A stretch of 64,000 nucleotides of DNA from Octopus vulgaris (GCA_951406725.2 OX597814.1:61690001-61754000); one strand, 5' to 3'; shown: positions 38,891-53,359, numbered from the stretch's first letter. The notes: generated from the letters alone by a model not told the origin. Made by a program: numbers and translations.

Positions 38891-39154
38891 ATACACATGT
38901 ACATGTACACATATGCATAAGATTCAGTTACTAGTAGGCACAGTAACCAAATTTGAACACTGAAGAGATGGAAATAACGTGTGGGGTATTGTGACCTCTT
39001 GGCAGAAACAGCAGTAAGAAACTGTTCTTTTTCTTTTTCTATTCTAGGAATCACTGGTACTTATGTATGCAATACACAGTCTTAGCATATGTATATATAT
39101 TCTCATAATTGTTTAAAATAAGTAGACATAATATAATGTCTAACAGTTGATGTA

Positions 39155-39742
39155 TCAAGTCAATGGAAGCATTCAATGTCACTACGCCCCCCCCCCCCCA
39201 AAAGAGAGTCAAGTGAAGTCCAATAACAAGACAATGCTGATTTGTTTCATCAATGCGAAAGGAATTGTCAACACAGAATTTGTCCCTTCTAGTCAAACTG
39301 CTAACCAGACATTTTACTTGGCAGTCCTGAAGCGTTTGTGGGACGCGGTGAGACGAAAACGCTACGACCTGTCACAAAGTGAAGAATGGAGGCTTCATCA
39401 CATTACGCCTGCGCACACCACCTTGAGTGTGAGACAGTTTTTGCCAAAAATAGCATAACTTCGCTTACCCACCCTCCTTGCGACTTTTTTTTCTGTTTCT
39501 CCGAATGAAAGAAGTCCTTAAGGGAAAACGTTTTGTAGATGTGGAAAAGGTGAAGAAAATAAAATAATGATAGAGGCGTTAAAAGGCATCACTTCGCAAG
39601 CATTCTAGGACTGCTTCGAACAGTGAAAAACGCATCTGGACCGATAAAGAATACTTTGAAGGGGATAAAAGTGTAAAGATGTAAAACTAAGCTAATAAAA
39701 CAATATTGCAAAATTCCGGTTTCTTTTGAATACCCTTTCGTA
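39155..39742 (+). pseudogene. mariner transposase 3' half relic with right TIR
   Basis: KTMLICFINAKGIVNTEFVPSSQTANQTFYLAVLKRL.DAVRRKR..WRLHH..PAH; CDFF.F..MK..LKGKRF; EYFEGD; ends CCCTTTCG-TA. Confidence 0.85.
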
Positions 39743-40368
39743 CATGTTTATCATATTTCATGAAGATAAAAATTTAATTTTTTTATTAATGAATTTTCAT
39801 TTTGCCTTATTTCGTCCTTTTATATTTTACAACTATGGCCTTTCTAAGTCAATTGATATTTCAAACCTTTCTCGGCTTCATCTTTTGGATTAAATAGTAA
39901 CAATAACACGTTGTTGCCACGTTTATGTTGTAGCCACCGGGATTATAAGAATGATGTTTTAATTACAAAAATTCATCATCCCTGGATTTAAAATTGTTTC
40001 ACAGTTCATGAGATTTTGCTTTGTTTATTTCAATTATGATCTATGTGTGTTGACTGTTTTGTTTTTATCTATCATCACTTAATTCAGAAGATAAGGGCAA
40101 GCAAGTTTTGAAGTGTTAACGTGCTTTAATTTCCTGAACTAAACAAAAAGCTCATAAGAAAAAGAAATGTGAGAAATCCTTAATAAAGAAAAGCATTGTT
40201 TGTTTGTGTGTGCTTTCCCTCAAGGTTGATTCAACGTGCATGAGAAGATATTATAAACAAGGATAATACAAGCAGAATTATTTTCTTTACTTTATGTGTG
40301 TGTGTGTATGTGGTGTGTATTTGTTATTTGTGTGGTTGCGTGTGTGTCCGTGAGTGTGTGTGTGTGTA

Positions 40369-40430
<62 letters not shown>

Positions 40431-41027
40431 GACAGACAGACAGACAAAACTGAAAATTAAAAGTTATTATTAAAGAAAACAAGAGAAATGAATAGCAAAA
40501 TATCTAGATTGAATAATAATTGCCCTTCAGACCACAAATGCAATTATAAAGAATTTGATAATTGTGTTACATTTCAAGGTAACATTCGTTTTCAGGTCAT
40601 TTATCGAATTAACTAAACAATTAAAATGATGGTTCAGCTAACACTCATAACTTATGCCACCACAATGGAAATAATGACATATTTTTCGAAGTACATATAG
40701 CACATCAATTATAAACACAAAAATAATTGTGGATTCGTTGAACAATATACTAAAAATAAATTTGTCTACTTTGCAGGTGCAAAGAGTTTGGAATTTATTC
40801 TCTGATTCTTTCTCCTTAATTGCTATTCAGAACTAATGTATGTATATCCTCAGAAAACCTTTAAAACATCAAAAGATTTTAATCCCTTGGGATTTAAACC
40901 GGCCTAATCCATCTCAAATATTATATGTTTATGTTTAAGCTGGCACTTACCTTACCATGTCATTCTAAAAATAAATAATCAAATCATTGAGATCTCGAAA
41001 CTCAGAAATCAGTTGCGACGTCACAAA

Positions 41028-41362
41028 AGGTAAAGACTCCTTTCGGTCATGAAAAACCATGGTATTACACCTAAAAAGTTACCCTCAGAGACACAAGTTC
41101 TGGACAAGGTTGTTTATGGAAAACAAGCAGTCGCCCATGCATACCAAGCCTTCCCTCTCCACATTACGTATGTTATCCAAAGGAAAAGCAAAGGTCGATA
41201 CAGCTTGGCACCTGTGACGTCGCAACTGATTTCTGCCGCAGAGTGAACTGGAGTAACGTGAAATAAAGTGTCTTGCTCAAGAACACAACACACAAATCCA
41301 TCCATGAATCGAATTCACTACCTCATTATTATGAGCTCTAACCAATGAGCCATGTGCCTTCA
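41028..41362 (-). mobile_element. SINE with family D central block
   Basis: GAGTGAACTGGAGTAACGTGAAATAAAGTGTCTTGCTCAAGAACAC is the reverse complement of the 22175-22220 block. Confidence 0.7.
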
Positions 41363-41506
41363 TAGCTAATGAATGATTAACTCAATGCAATGTAAATAAA
41401 CATTATATTTGACAGAATAATCAGAATGCTAAAAGAGTAAACTATTTAAAAACACATGCAGCAAAATTCATATACTGATATGATGTGTTAGCCGCCTCAT
41501 CAAAAG

Positions 41507-42300
41507 GTCAGGTCAGGTAAGGGGGCATGTGCTCTTGCAGCACATCGCTGCATCCACCATTATTCGGCATTTGTTCTGGTCGTCCTGGGTAACCTACTGA
41601 ATAGTATCCCAGCCACTCTCCGTCTCTTCGAGATATTACCTCGTCCGCTGTGACAATGTGGCACGTGGCCGACCAACACGAGCCGTCACCCAGCCGATCC
41701 TCAGACAAGGGAAAACGATATGCTGGATTCAGCTGGGAAAATCGAGCAACGTGACCAAACAGTCTGAACTGACATTCCCGAATCATACAAGTACAGGACG
41801 CATTCCAGTTTCTGATTACAGCCGTTAGTTGGATATAAAACCCAACAAATAGTAACCATAATCGTGTGAAAGTCCGGGTACCAAAAGAGTTCAGGTTATG
41901 TGGGTACCAGTATGTCAAAGAATAAACCCAACGTTTTCGTTGCGTGTTGTAAAGGGTGATTAAACGAGGCTGAGGTGGGATTTGCACTCCAGCCTCGAAA
42001 TACTTTCACCTGTAACGGCTACACGAACAAACTCATCAAGTTCTCTCATCCAGGGAAGTACTTCGACTGCCTATAAGGCACGAAGTTGTTGGGGCAAAGC
42101 TCTCAGGAACCCCTTCTGCCAAATGGAAGAAACCTGCTTGGATTAGAGGGTTGTTGCCTGAGTGGTGTAAAGGTGTCATCCGGCAGGAAAGAGAATATGC
42201 GTTCAATCAATGGAGAGCTATTTGGGTAGGGACCTTGAATGGCCTCTCTTTGAGGGAACTCATCAACAGGATTACCTTTATTGTTCTTGATATCACCAAC
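41507..42300 (-). mobile_element. Degenerate RTE-like LINE 3' fragment
   Basis: TCMIRECQFRLFGHVARF motif; short (CCTGA)n tail. Confidence 0.6.
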
Positions 42301-42987
42301 AAGATCACTTTCATTGTTCTAGATATTCCTCTCATTTACAGTTTAACACTAATTTACCCCTTTTTCCTTCTACCTTTTATTCTCACGATCACATTGACAA
42401 AATTTCCATTTACTCTTTGTTTAATAAGACTTTGCGGCATTTCAACACTAATTTACTCGTATATTTCTTGAGTTGAAACTAACCTACAGTACTCATTTCA
42501 GTGTAGCCTGATTGGCAGTCACCTTTATATTTCATTATATAGTATTCAAAACATCAATCATTTGAATTTATTTTTTTCTTTTAGATATTAACCAGTTTAG
42601 CAGTGTATTTCTACTAAATGTTTTTTTTAACCGTCACCAGTATCATATACTGTATTTTTTCACGGATCATTTCAGTGAATTTCTTCAATGTATGTAATAT
42701 ATGTAATATTATACAATGTAACAAGTTAGTATTTATAACATTATTTTACTTTTTCATAAAATTATTAATTAGTGTTATAAAATTTTGCTAAGATTTCATC
42801 TTCACAAAAATATTTTAAAATACTCTTCTAACGTTTACTGCTATAGATATTTTTGGTTTCAATACATTCAATCTAACTTGCAATTAATCATAATGTATGT
42901 ATGTATGTATGTATGTATGTATGTATGTATGTATGTATGTATGTATGTATGTATGTATGTGTGTATGTATGTATGTATGTATGTATG

Positions 42988-43057
<70 letters not shown>

Positions 43058-43628
43058 CATATTTATGATGTGTGTCTCTATATATATACGTATGTATATA
43101 TAATATATATTTATGTATATATGTATACATATACATACACGCACACTGACACACATATAAAAATCTAACTTGCATTTAACCGATTCTCTTTGAAAAACCT
43201 CCATTTTTGTGTTGAAGATGTGGAGGCAGCCACAAGTATGCAAATATATTAACCATTACTGCTCTACAAAATTCAGCTGGAATTTTCTTTTAATCTAAGT
43301 TAACATATCTCTAAATAAATACTTTTTGCTATTTTTTTTCGGTTACCTTTTATTTCGTTTTAGCCTTTTTATTCCCTTGAAACTTTAATACATCTCAAAT
43401 CATACAACATTGAAATATGCGTACCTCTCGCATTCAGCTCTAACGAATTACATCCAAACGATCGTGTTAAATTAAGAATAATCTATATATTTCAATATTT
43501 ATTCCAGTATCTTACTATTTCCCATTGTATTTAAATTTATATTTCTGAATCGTTTCTTTTTTTGCTATTTTCTGAAACATGAAAACCATTTTTAAACCGC
43601 AAAAATTTAATATTATTTCATTGCACGA

Positions 43629-43840
43629 AGGCGGTCAGCAGCCAGAATCATTATCGCGTCGTACAAAATACTTAAAAGCTCTTCGTCCGTCTTTACGTTC
43701 TTAGTTCAAATTCCCCCACCTTTCATTGCCTTTCATCCTTTCCAGGTCGAGGAAATAACATCAGTTAAGCACTGGGGACGATGTAAACGGCTACCCACCT
43801 GCACCAACATTTCAGACCTTGTGCCTATATTTGAAAGGAT
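43629..43840 (+). mobile_element. SINE family B, degenerate
   Basis: AAGGCGGTCAGCAGCCAGAATC head; TTGCCTTTCATCCTTTCCAGGTCGA. Confidence 0.7.
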
Positions 43841-44114
43841 TATTTCATTGCACTACTAACTCTTTCATGTTTCAACCTAATTTGATATTGCCAGACAGTC
43901 TCTACCTTTTCTCATTCTTACATTTTAATATCTGTATATTGCCACATTTATTTTAATGCATCTTTTATATCGCGCTGGTTTGCTCACTTATTATTATCCC
44001 GGATTTTCTGTTTGAAGCCTGTTTCCACACGGGAAACTTTCCTTCGTATAAATTCATATAACCACTTCTGCCTGAAATAATTGCTAGGGTTATCTGATCC
44101 CCTGTCATTCATTA

Positions 44115-44185
<71 letters not shown>

Positions 44186-44519
44186 ACCAGAGCCACGCTA
44201 ATAGTTTAAGAGTGAAATTTAGGATTTCTCGGTTTTCTGTAAATCGATTTTTATAAAACTTTTCCCAGCTGGTTTGCACACTATGGCACCATCATTGTTA
44301 TGTTTCCATTATTCTGTGTAACACCCTTTCTTTTTTATTTCAGATTCTTCAGGTTTTGGGTGGACCACACAAATAGTTTTTAAATGAAAATAGCCCATCT
44401 AAACATTTTTTATTCAGAAAATGAAGGTTAATAATACATACGAAGCATACATCGTGTATATATTTAACAGAAAACCATAATAACATCTATTGACATAATG
44501 AACTATTTAGCCACATGAG

Positions 44520-44860
44520 CGCCAAAGAAGAAAGGATCCGACTGTGGGACCGCCAAGACTGTGACAGCTAGGGATTTAAGGAATATTGGCCGCAAGTTAC
44601 GTGGGAAACCCGTACAAAGAAGCAAAGCCATTTTCACCGCCTCCCGACTTCCTCATGTACCGAAAATCACCAGAAATCGCATCCTCGGGATCATGGCTTC
44701 CGTGCGAGAACCTTTGAAACTGCCTTCTCACAGGGGCTTGCGGCTTCAATGAGCTCAAAAGTATATAAAGTTAGACTTGAGTTGTGTCCTGTTCACTGAC
44801 GAAACCAGGGTGACCCTAGACGAACCTGACGGGTGAGCAAATGGTTGGGTCTATTTCTCC
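44520..44860 (+). pseudogene. Tc1-like transposase fragment
   Basis: TARDLRNIGRKL..SKAIF..VPKITRNRIL; VLFTDETRVTLDEPDG*ANGW (first catalytic D region). Confidence 0.75.
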
Positions 44861-44993
44861 ATTTTTTCTTTCAATATATATATATATATATATATATACT
44901 CTACCTCTGGTATTCGAATACTATCTTTCCACCTTGTTTCGCATTTATGTGCCTATTCTGGTATATATATATATATATATACACTATATATAT

Positions 44994-45039
<46 letters not shown>

Positions 45040-45042
<3 letters not shown>

Positions 45043-45250
45043 TTTGTGTCCGTGTTTGTCTCCCACTACCGTTTGGCAACCGGTGTTGGTATGTTTGCGT
45101 CCCCGTAACTTACCGGTTCGGCAAAAGTCTCCGATAGAATAAGTACCAGGCTTTAAAAAACGTACTGGTGTCGATTCATTCGACTAAAAATTCCTGAAGG
45201 CTGTGCCCCAGCAAGGTCGCTGTCTAGTGACTGAAACAAGTAAAGTATAA
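45040..45250 (+). mobile_element. SINE family A, 3' half
   Basis: GCAACCGGTGTTGGT..CCCCGTAACTTACCGGTTCGGCAAAAG..GACTGAAACAAGTAAA. Confidence 0.75.
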
Positions 45251-45979
45251 AGGATAACAGATACAGTAGTAAGAGAGATATCCGGAGGGAGGATAATGGC
45301 AAAATAGTAACTGTAGGTTTATTTCCTGTGGCAAGGTTAATATACAAAAATAAAATAAATAAAAAACCTGTTGATGAAAGTCTTTGAAGCACCGAAAAAT
45401 GAAAGATAAAAATATTGCTATAATGATAAAGTCAAAATGTGAACGGCCCGTAGGGCGGGAAGAGAGATGAGTGAGTGGGTAAGTGAATGGATAAAGATCA
45501 AAAGGTGAAAGATAATAGGTGAAGAAAGGTCATGGATTTGAGAACAGACATGTGAGGGTAGCGTAAGTTTTGTAGAAATGCTTGTTATATATGATAAATT
45601 GTGTGGGAGGAGGTTGGCCAGGAGGAGTGAACAAATGAAATAGAGAGATAAGAAAGAAGGGTTGGGGAAGAAATGGAAATGAAGAAGAAAGAAAGAAAGA
45701 AAAGAAGGTAGGAAGGAATTAAAATACAGAAAATATTGGAAAAGATTCAGGTCAAAATGGATTTTGGATGACAATTGAAAATAAAAAATATTTGAGAAAA
45801 AAGTAAGAAGTTTTAATAAAATGAAAAAGAAAAGTTATATTTTAGAATATAAATCTTAGTTGACATGCAGGAAGAAGATAGTAAAACAATAGATAAATAT
45901 AAAGATGGATTTGGAACTAAAGAAAATATAAAAAGGAGCAATGATATCTTGGTGCAGAGAAGACGAGGTTATAATATAA

Positions 45980-46813
45980 CTAGCAGCATAGCCCGGCGTT
46001 GCCCGGGTATGAAAGAAACTTTGTCGATAAGCAATGCCCTTTACCTTTTTACCCTTTTTTCTACCCATTGAACCGTTATTTTGTAAAATCATGGTCGGTC
46101 TCAAAGTGATATGGTTTTGTTGATTTCTCCCAATACTTGTTAACTGCATTGACAAAAGGTCGTTAGTTTGACATTTAATGCAAACATGATGTCCAACATC
46201 GGTGTAGGGAAAATCTATGTGAACTTTCAAAAAATATCGCAGAAAAATCGGTTTGCTATGTGTGCCACATATGATGTAATTAACCGATTTTTTCCAGTAA
46301 TAACGTATCCTATTGGAATCAAAAGGGCCATATAGTTCTTTGGAGCAGACATGATGCTCGCTGTGAATTTCAAAAAAAATTCCTGCCAATTTGTTAAAGC
46401 TATTGTCGAAAATATGTCATCGTGAATTTGAACGCGATTTCCCAAAATGGCATGATTTTATCGATTTTTCTGATGGTAAGGTATTGCATGGAAAACTAAC
46501 GTCAGAATTAAGTTCCTTAGGGTAACATTAAGCTTCACCATGAGTTTGGTGAAAATCGATTGCAAGTTGCGAAAACTACAACGGAAAATGTGTTGCATAT
46601 GATAAGCTTAGATTCTCGACCCCATGTCGAATTAATCGATTTTTTTCAGAACTGGGGCAACTTTTCAAAATTTTCGCTGCGTTAGTTTTGAATTATGACA
46701 TTGGGCTATGTGTGTGTCAAGTTTCATCAGAATCGGTTGAAAGCCGTGGTCAGGGTGAGGGGACAACCTGACAGACACACAGACAGACAAACTACCTTTT
46801 ATATATAGAGAGA
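45980..46813 (-). mobile_element. Non-autonomous Helitron, long variant
   Basis: Same termini as 38173-38559, with a different ~600-bp interior (46010-46610). Confidence 0.85.
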
Positions 46814-46816
46814 TAT

Positions 46817-47048
46817 AAGGCGGCGAGCTGGCAGAAACGTTAGCACGCCGGGCGAAATGCCTAGCGGTATTTCGTCTGCCGTTACGTTCTGAGTTCAAAT
46901 TCCGCCGAGGTCGACTTTGCCTTTCATCCTTTCGGGGTCGATTAAATAAGTACTAGTTAATCACTGGGGTCGATGTAATCGACTTAATCCCCTTGTCTGT
47001 CCTTGTTTGTCCCCTCTATGTTTAGCCCCTTGTGGGTAATAAAGAAAT
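46817..47048 (+). mobile_element. SINE family B, well-preserved full-length copy
   Basis: AAGGCGGCGAGCTGGCAGAAACGTTAGC..GAGTTCAAATTCC tRNA-like head, Meta-like domain, tail ..GTGGGTAATAAAGAAAT. Confidence 0.9.
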
Positions 47049-47145
47049 ATATAATATAATAAAACAGCGAAATGAAAAATAAGGTCGTATAGTAGGAACT
47101 ACTATAATTCTTTGCCTTATCTATCTCACCCATATCTATTTTTCT

Positions 47146-50095
47146 CATAGCTTCCCAAAGTGGGCGATGAGCGAATTTCTAGAAAATGGTGGGCGATTTG
47201 AGATTTTGGCAGGCGATATGACCATTTTGTGGGTGACAATGAATTTTTAGAAATTAAGTCTTCATTTACTGATATCTAGACATGCCTAGAATAAGGATGT
47301 ACTTTTATCGATTTGACCACTTGCATGAGACGTCCCTTTGTATTAAAAACGCGGACTTGTTTATCGATCAAATACTTTTGTCGCAGATGGTTGTCATGCG
47401 TGGTAAAAATAGCAACCAAATAGGCCTAGGCCTTAAATCACACTCCACAACAATTTTTGGCATAATCATATGAAGGCCCGCGTGTAAAATTCAAATTCGC
47501 CAAAATTTCCCGAAAACTCTGAAAAAAAAAATTATGAGGGGTTATATGTCGTGCGTAATTCTGTGGTTTCATATCAAAACACAAGTGCTATTTTCAGGAT
47601 GTTGACAAAATGTGCAGTCACGCGCAAAATGACAGCTTTGAAATCGTGTTTCTTTACTAGGTGAAAATGATCAAACATTAAACCTCTATTAGTTTTTAAA
47701 AACATTTTTCCTGGAAGAAGTTGAAAAACTCCAGCAATTTAGCTTGGAAAGGTACATTAATGTGCCAAATTTTAAAATTTTCGATAAACTTTAATTTTTG
47801 AAATGCTGGCAACCAAACAAACTAGATCCGTATTTGCTCCAGTAAAGACGTGTCATCTGACTCTGCCCTATTGACTTCTTCTTCTCTTTGGCAATACCCT
47901 ACTAACTTTCTGACGCCACCTGTAGAAATTCGTTTTCACATTTTCATTTTACTGATGCCTTTAGTCAAGAAAATTTGTCGACAGTATAGTAGTGATTATA
48001 TATCGTTTGGATTTATCCTCTCTCCTCAGAACTGTCAGTTACAATGTGCCTTCTTTGCCATCAAAGATTGATCAAAGAAGCAATGAAACCTTCACGCATG
48101 AAATATCACTATGATGCAAAGCATTCTGACAAGAAGGACAAGCCGATATCATACTTTTTGCAAGTGAGCTCCTCTTTCAAAAAGTAAATACAAACATTCA
48201 ACACGCTACTCCAGGAAACTAATGAACAGGAGAATGACGGGTTGATTGCATCGTACAACATTGCATTGCTTGTCGCTAAGTCTGGGAAGTTTTACACAAC
48301 TGGAGAAACATTACTTCGCCCAGTTATCAAAGGGTTTTGTCAATCATTATGCACGAAAAATCCGATAACATTATGAAGAAAATCTCATTTAGTAATAATA
48401 TAATTTCTCGAAGCATCGATGAAATGGCCAACGATGTCAAACATCAGCTCATTAATATTCTCCAGCGTTCTGAATTTTCTATACAAGTGGATGAGTCAAC
48501 TGTTGTAAAAAATCAATGTTTGATGATGGTATATGTTTGGTATTTCAGCGAAGAACTTCAACCTTGTGAGGAAATGCTTGATTCAAGAGGTGCAACTATT
48601 TTTCGCACTCTCAAGTTTTTCTTTTTTGAACATAATATCCCACTTAGTAATATTCTTGCCTGTGCGTCTGATGGAGCTCCTTCGATGATAAGAAGATACA
48701 GAGGTTTTTCATCTCTCCTAAAGCGTGAAATTTCTCACCAGATACTAACGGTTTATTGCTTGGCACACTGGCAGCAGTTAGTGACAAAAAATATTAACGG
48801 TAGGTTGAATGATGCGCTACAATTAGTTGTCAAGACTGTGAACAAATTAAAGCCCACTTCCTTGTCTGATCGAATGTTCCGTCAACTCTGTCTGAGAAAT
48901 GATGAGGACCATATTGAACTTTTATACCACATCGAAGTGCGGTGGCTGTCAAAAGGAAACCGTGTTTTACGCTTTGTTGAACCGTTTCATATAATCATAT
49001 CTTCCTTTGAAGATACTCCACTATCCGCTTCATTGATGGTTACAAGGTGCGATATCTTTTTTTGTTTTTGTGTGATATATTCAGAAAATCGAATGATTTG
49101 AATAAATTAGTACAAGGAAACAGAAAAACTCTCATTGATTGTAAATCAGTTATCACTTCTTTTCGAAATTGGTGTTGTATAAGACTAACATTTCAAAACA
49201 TCAATTCCATCAATTTCCACAACTTGATTCTTTGAAAGATGAATTAGTTGATGAGCATTTAACTACATATCACAGCTATTTACAATCATTACACGATAAC
49301 ATGGTGGAGCGATTTCAAGATGTTATTGTGCTGAATATTCCAAATTGGTATAGCAATCCGTTTGAGGTCGATGCAGTCGATTCCGAGGATGAATGATATT
49401 CAGTAGGAAGTGATAGAATTACAAACTGACAATGACGTCACAATGTGATATCGCTGTAATGGCAAAGAAGGTTTGTGGTACCATCAGAGTATATTGAATT
49501 CCTACCCCAGTCTGTGGAAACATCTGAAATTACTTTTGCTTGCCTTCCCTACCTCATACCTGGTTGAATCTAGTTTTAACAATGTTGGAACTTTATTTTC
49601 CCATAAAAGAATTGGACTGGATGTGACACAACGAGGAGACTTGCGGCTAAAGTTGACAAGTTTGAAACCGAATGTATCTGCACTAGCTGCATCGCACCAG
49701 ACACATGGTTCTCATTAAAAAGTTTTATAAATCCTTTATAAAACAATCATTAATTGTTTTTGCATCGGTAGTTCTGATCAATGTTCATTTGGGGAAAATG
49801 AAAATCAGTGTAAAACAAAGCGCAAGTTTCCAGAAGTTAATCTCTCTGCATGATACAGAGTTAATGTTAGAATTTTATTGACATTAATAAATAACTAACC
49901 CATAATAAGGGATTGGTAAACAACTGCATATTTAGTACAAACGGCACGAACAGGGCAACGAGTCTACGATATAGTGTGTGTATCAAATGATACGGGGAGG
50001 GGCTAAGGGATTTAGTGTTGGTGGGTTGTGTTAGGGTTTATTTTTACATAGGTGGGCGATATTGCTATTTGGCGCGAAAAGTTTGGGAAACACTG
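47146..50095 (+). mobile_element. Full-span hAT Buster/Charlie DNA transposon with disrupted transposase (~47955-49718)
   Basis: TIRs CATAGCTTCCCAAA / TTTGGGAAACACTG; FSIQVDEST, SDGAPSM, YCLAHWQQL, EVRWLSKG, FPTSYLVESSF, GDLRLKLT. Confidence 0.92.
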
Positions 50096-50235
<140 letters not shown>

Positions 50236-50559
50236 GTCTGTATGTCTGTCTATCTATCTATCTACTTATATATCTCTCGATCTGTCTATCTACATACTTA
50301 AGTGTCTATCTATCTTGTTATCGTCTATCTATCGATCTACCTACTCTCCTACACATCTTCCTATCTGTTTGTGCTTCTAGCGATCGATCTATTAGCCTTT
50401 CAGATAGCTCACTAAAAGAGGATGCTTATGACCATCATTATGTTATTTCCTTGCGTTTTATCCTGTGCGTTTTCATCAAAATATTGATTTCGAAACTAAC
50501 AACTTACCTACCTACCTACCTACCTACCTACCTACCTACCTACCTACCTACCTACCTAC

Positions 50560-50638
<79 letters not shown>

Positions 50639-50883
50639 CCTATCTATCTTTCTATCTATCTATTCATCTCCTGTGTCTTCGAATCAATACTCTAATAATA
50701 TAAATCATTTCGTCACATTTTCCAGTATCATGTATAGAAGTCACCCATCATTTCCACTCATGTTACTGTTAGTTTTTCCTCCATCACGATTTCCAGTCAA
50801 GTGCTGTGGCCTCGGACTCTAGGATCCAGGTACCAGCAAGAGTGTTGCTCTTAATAAAGATGATCTTGCAGCCTAGTTTATAA

Positions 50884-50968
50884 AACACACACTCACACGC
50901 ACATAACACACTACACGCACATAACACACTACACGCACATAACACACTACACGCACATAACACACTAC
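50884..50968. repeat. 20-bp minisatellite, ~4 copies
   Basis: (ACACACTACACGCACATAAC)n. Confidence 0.85.
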
Positions 50969-51277
50969 AGGCGTCTACACAATTTCCAATTACCAAATTC
51001 ATTTGCTAGATATTTGTCGACTCGGAGCTATAGCAGAAGGCACTGCGTAGAGGAACTGAACCCCAAACTATATGGTTAAGAAGCAAACTTTTTAATTACA
51101 CAGCTGCATTTGTTCTTCGAAAAATGGCGGACACTTATCAAGAAATCTCGAGAAACACCACTGAAGCTTTATCGGAGACTCTCTTACAGAATCATAGAAA
51201 CCACGATGGCTTCGTGAGTGTACCATCTCGGCTCTCAAGAATTTCGTTGTGTAGGATAGTCATGTTACTACCATAAA

Positions 51278-51530
51278 AAAGGCAAAGTTACCTTCTCGAG
51301 TCATATTTACTCGTAAGGGCCGGATTCCCGGTTTCATGGGGTATTTATTCCTCATCTGGACGAGACGCGAGTCCGTTACAGGATTACTCATTTTGCCAGC
51401 TGAGTGAACTGGAGCAACGTGAAATGAAGTATTTCACTCAGGAACACAAAGTGTCGCCCGATCCAGTAATCAAAACCCCAATCTTACGATCGCAAGTCCA
51501 ACACTCTAACCACTAAGCCACCCGCCTCCA
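51278..51530 (-). mobile_element. SINE with family D central block
   Basis: TACTCATTTTGCCAGCTGAGTGAACTGGAGCAACGTGAAATGAAGT..TCTAACCACTAAGCCAC. Confidence 0.75.
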
Positions 51531-51544
51531 CACCAATCTACCCG

Positions 51545-51865
51545 AATCATACAAGTCATTTTACACCGTAGTTAACGTTCACGATGCTGCCAACTATGCA
51601 ATAGTTTCTTAATTCTCTTCAGCCTACTGGTATCCTTCAGCACAAGCTGCAATTTTAATGCCGAGAGAGAAGCCTATTATGTTGCTACAAAATCAGGATG
51701 CACCATAATTCTGTAATGGTGCACGGCTAGCTGCCAAAGCTTTTATACCGAATGTGACCAAACGGTTATGACCGGTTATGCCAAAGGAAGATATATTTTC
51801 ATTCTAAACATTCACCTCATCCTGTCATAAATGTCATTTCAGTTCAATCACCTTCAGTTTTGAAT
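51545..51865 (+). pseudogene. Helitron RepHel PIF1-type helicase fragment
   Basis: FLNSLQPTGI..HKLQ, PIMLLQNQDAP*FCNGARL, FQFNHLQF; matches the conserved FLNSL..G.P.H.L.LK..PIMLLRN.....CNGTRL block. Confidence 0.75.
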
Positions 51866-52626
51866 AGCTTAGTATTATAATGTGACATTTAACAAGCGAA
51901 AGAAGCAGTCCTTTAAGATTGCTGAAGTTAAAGCGATACGTTCATGTTTCTATCATAGTCAGTTCTTTGTTGCTTAGACACAGACCAGGCCAAGCTCATT
52001 CGAACATCGAAACACAAAACAAGAATATATATTAGCGACAGTGGCATTATTAATACCGATAAATATCACCTTACAAATCAAGAAATGTTACCGAATAAAG
52101 CCGATTCCTTTTAGACTCTCTTCTGTTTTAGGCACTGTTTGTCCACTTAGAATTTTGAGAAAACATATCAAGAGCACTGAAATGACATTTTCTTAAACCA
52201 AATATTTAAAATTATGCATTAACATAAACAAGCTCAAAAACTTTACATATCATATCAAGGTTGACAAGTTAATACTTCTACCTATTCCACATGCAAGCAT
52301 CGCAGGATAACTCTGCTTGCTAGTGTGTGTGTGTATGTGTGTGTGTGTATGTGTTTGTGTGTGTGTGTGTGCGTGCGCGTGCGCATGTTTCTGTGTGTGC
52401 CTGAGTGCGCGTACACGTGCGTGTATACATACATATATAATAATAATGAAATTATATATATCGGCATTCACATATACAAGCATATATGTACACACACACG
52501 TGTATGTATGTATATGTGTGTATGTGTATAAAGAATTTTAGTCAATCGTATCTTTGTACATAAGTATATTTGCATTTATGTATTTACTTAAATTATGTAA
52601 TAATCTATATTATTAAATATTACATA

Positions 52627-52684
<58 letters not shown>

Positions 52685-53359
52685 CATGCAAGCATACATA
52701 CACACATACGTATGCATGCACGCGCGCGTGTGTGTATACACATAAATATAATTGTTTACATAAATACAGAAAGATAAATATCTCGTCAATTTGATTAGAT
52801 TCTTTCAAAATATAGCTTGTATTTTGAGACCCATTAATCAATTTACATTTTTCTCTGTATTGCAAAAACGGGATATAATTAGCAATAAGCAAACACATGT
52901 CTTAAGAAGTATTAAAATTGTATCTTCTTTCTTTCAGTCACATCTGGACTGTGTATATGTAGACTTTGGAAGATATTAGACGAATTCTGTATAGACCTTT
53001 TGCGTTGCTGCAAAATTTTGAAATATGTTTTAAGTGATTTTGTCAAAAACTAGAATAAAGCATCCTATTTCTTTACATGTCAACATTCCAGTTGACATTT
53101 AATAGACGGATGGAGAGCTCATTTGGTAACTGACTTTGAGTAACCATGGGCTGAAGAAAGGCAACGTCTACTTGCACGGCTCAGATCGTAAAGGGAAGTA
53201 ATGAAATACCGTATGTCATCGTTGCCCTTTCAAACAAAAAGTACCTGCAAACATATCGCATAATGTCAAATAAACAGGTCTAGCTATTTGTATGAATGAC
53301 ACCGATTGGCTTGATCAATCTTTACTCTATCTAACCTGTAAGGCTTAAATTATCAAGTC

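Larger units (their letters stand above)
37745..39152. repeat. ~200-bp inverted repeat pair (37745-37960 and 38955-39152) with nested insertions
   Basis: CATCAACTGTTAGGCATT..CATCTCTTCAGTGTTC versus GAACACTGAAGAGATGG..TAACAGTTGATG; contains CTGAAGA and GAAAC-AGC.-GTA boxes. Confidence 0.8.

Noticed and set aside
40760-40845. Possible host exon after TTTGCAG (unique-looking DNA also at 17800-18180)
   Set aside because: No sustained reading frame or recognisable protein; cannot be supported without transcript data.
50884-50968. Regularly spaced 20-bp repeats resembling a CRISPR array
   Set aside because: Head-to-tail minisatellite with no spacers, in eukaryotic DNA.
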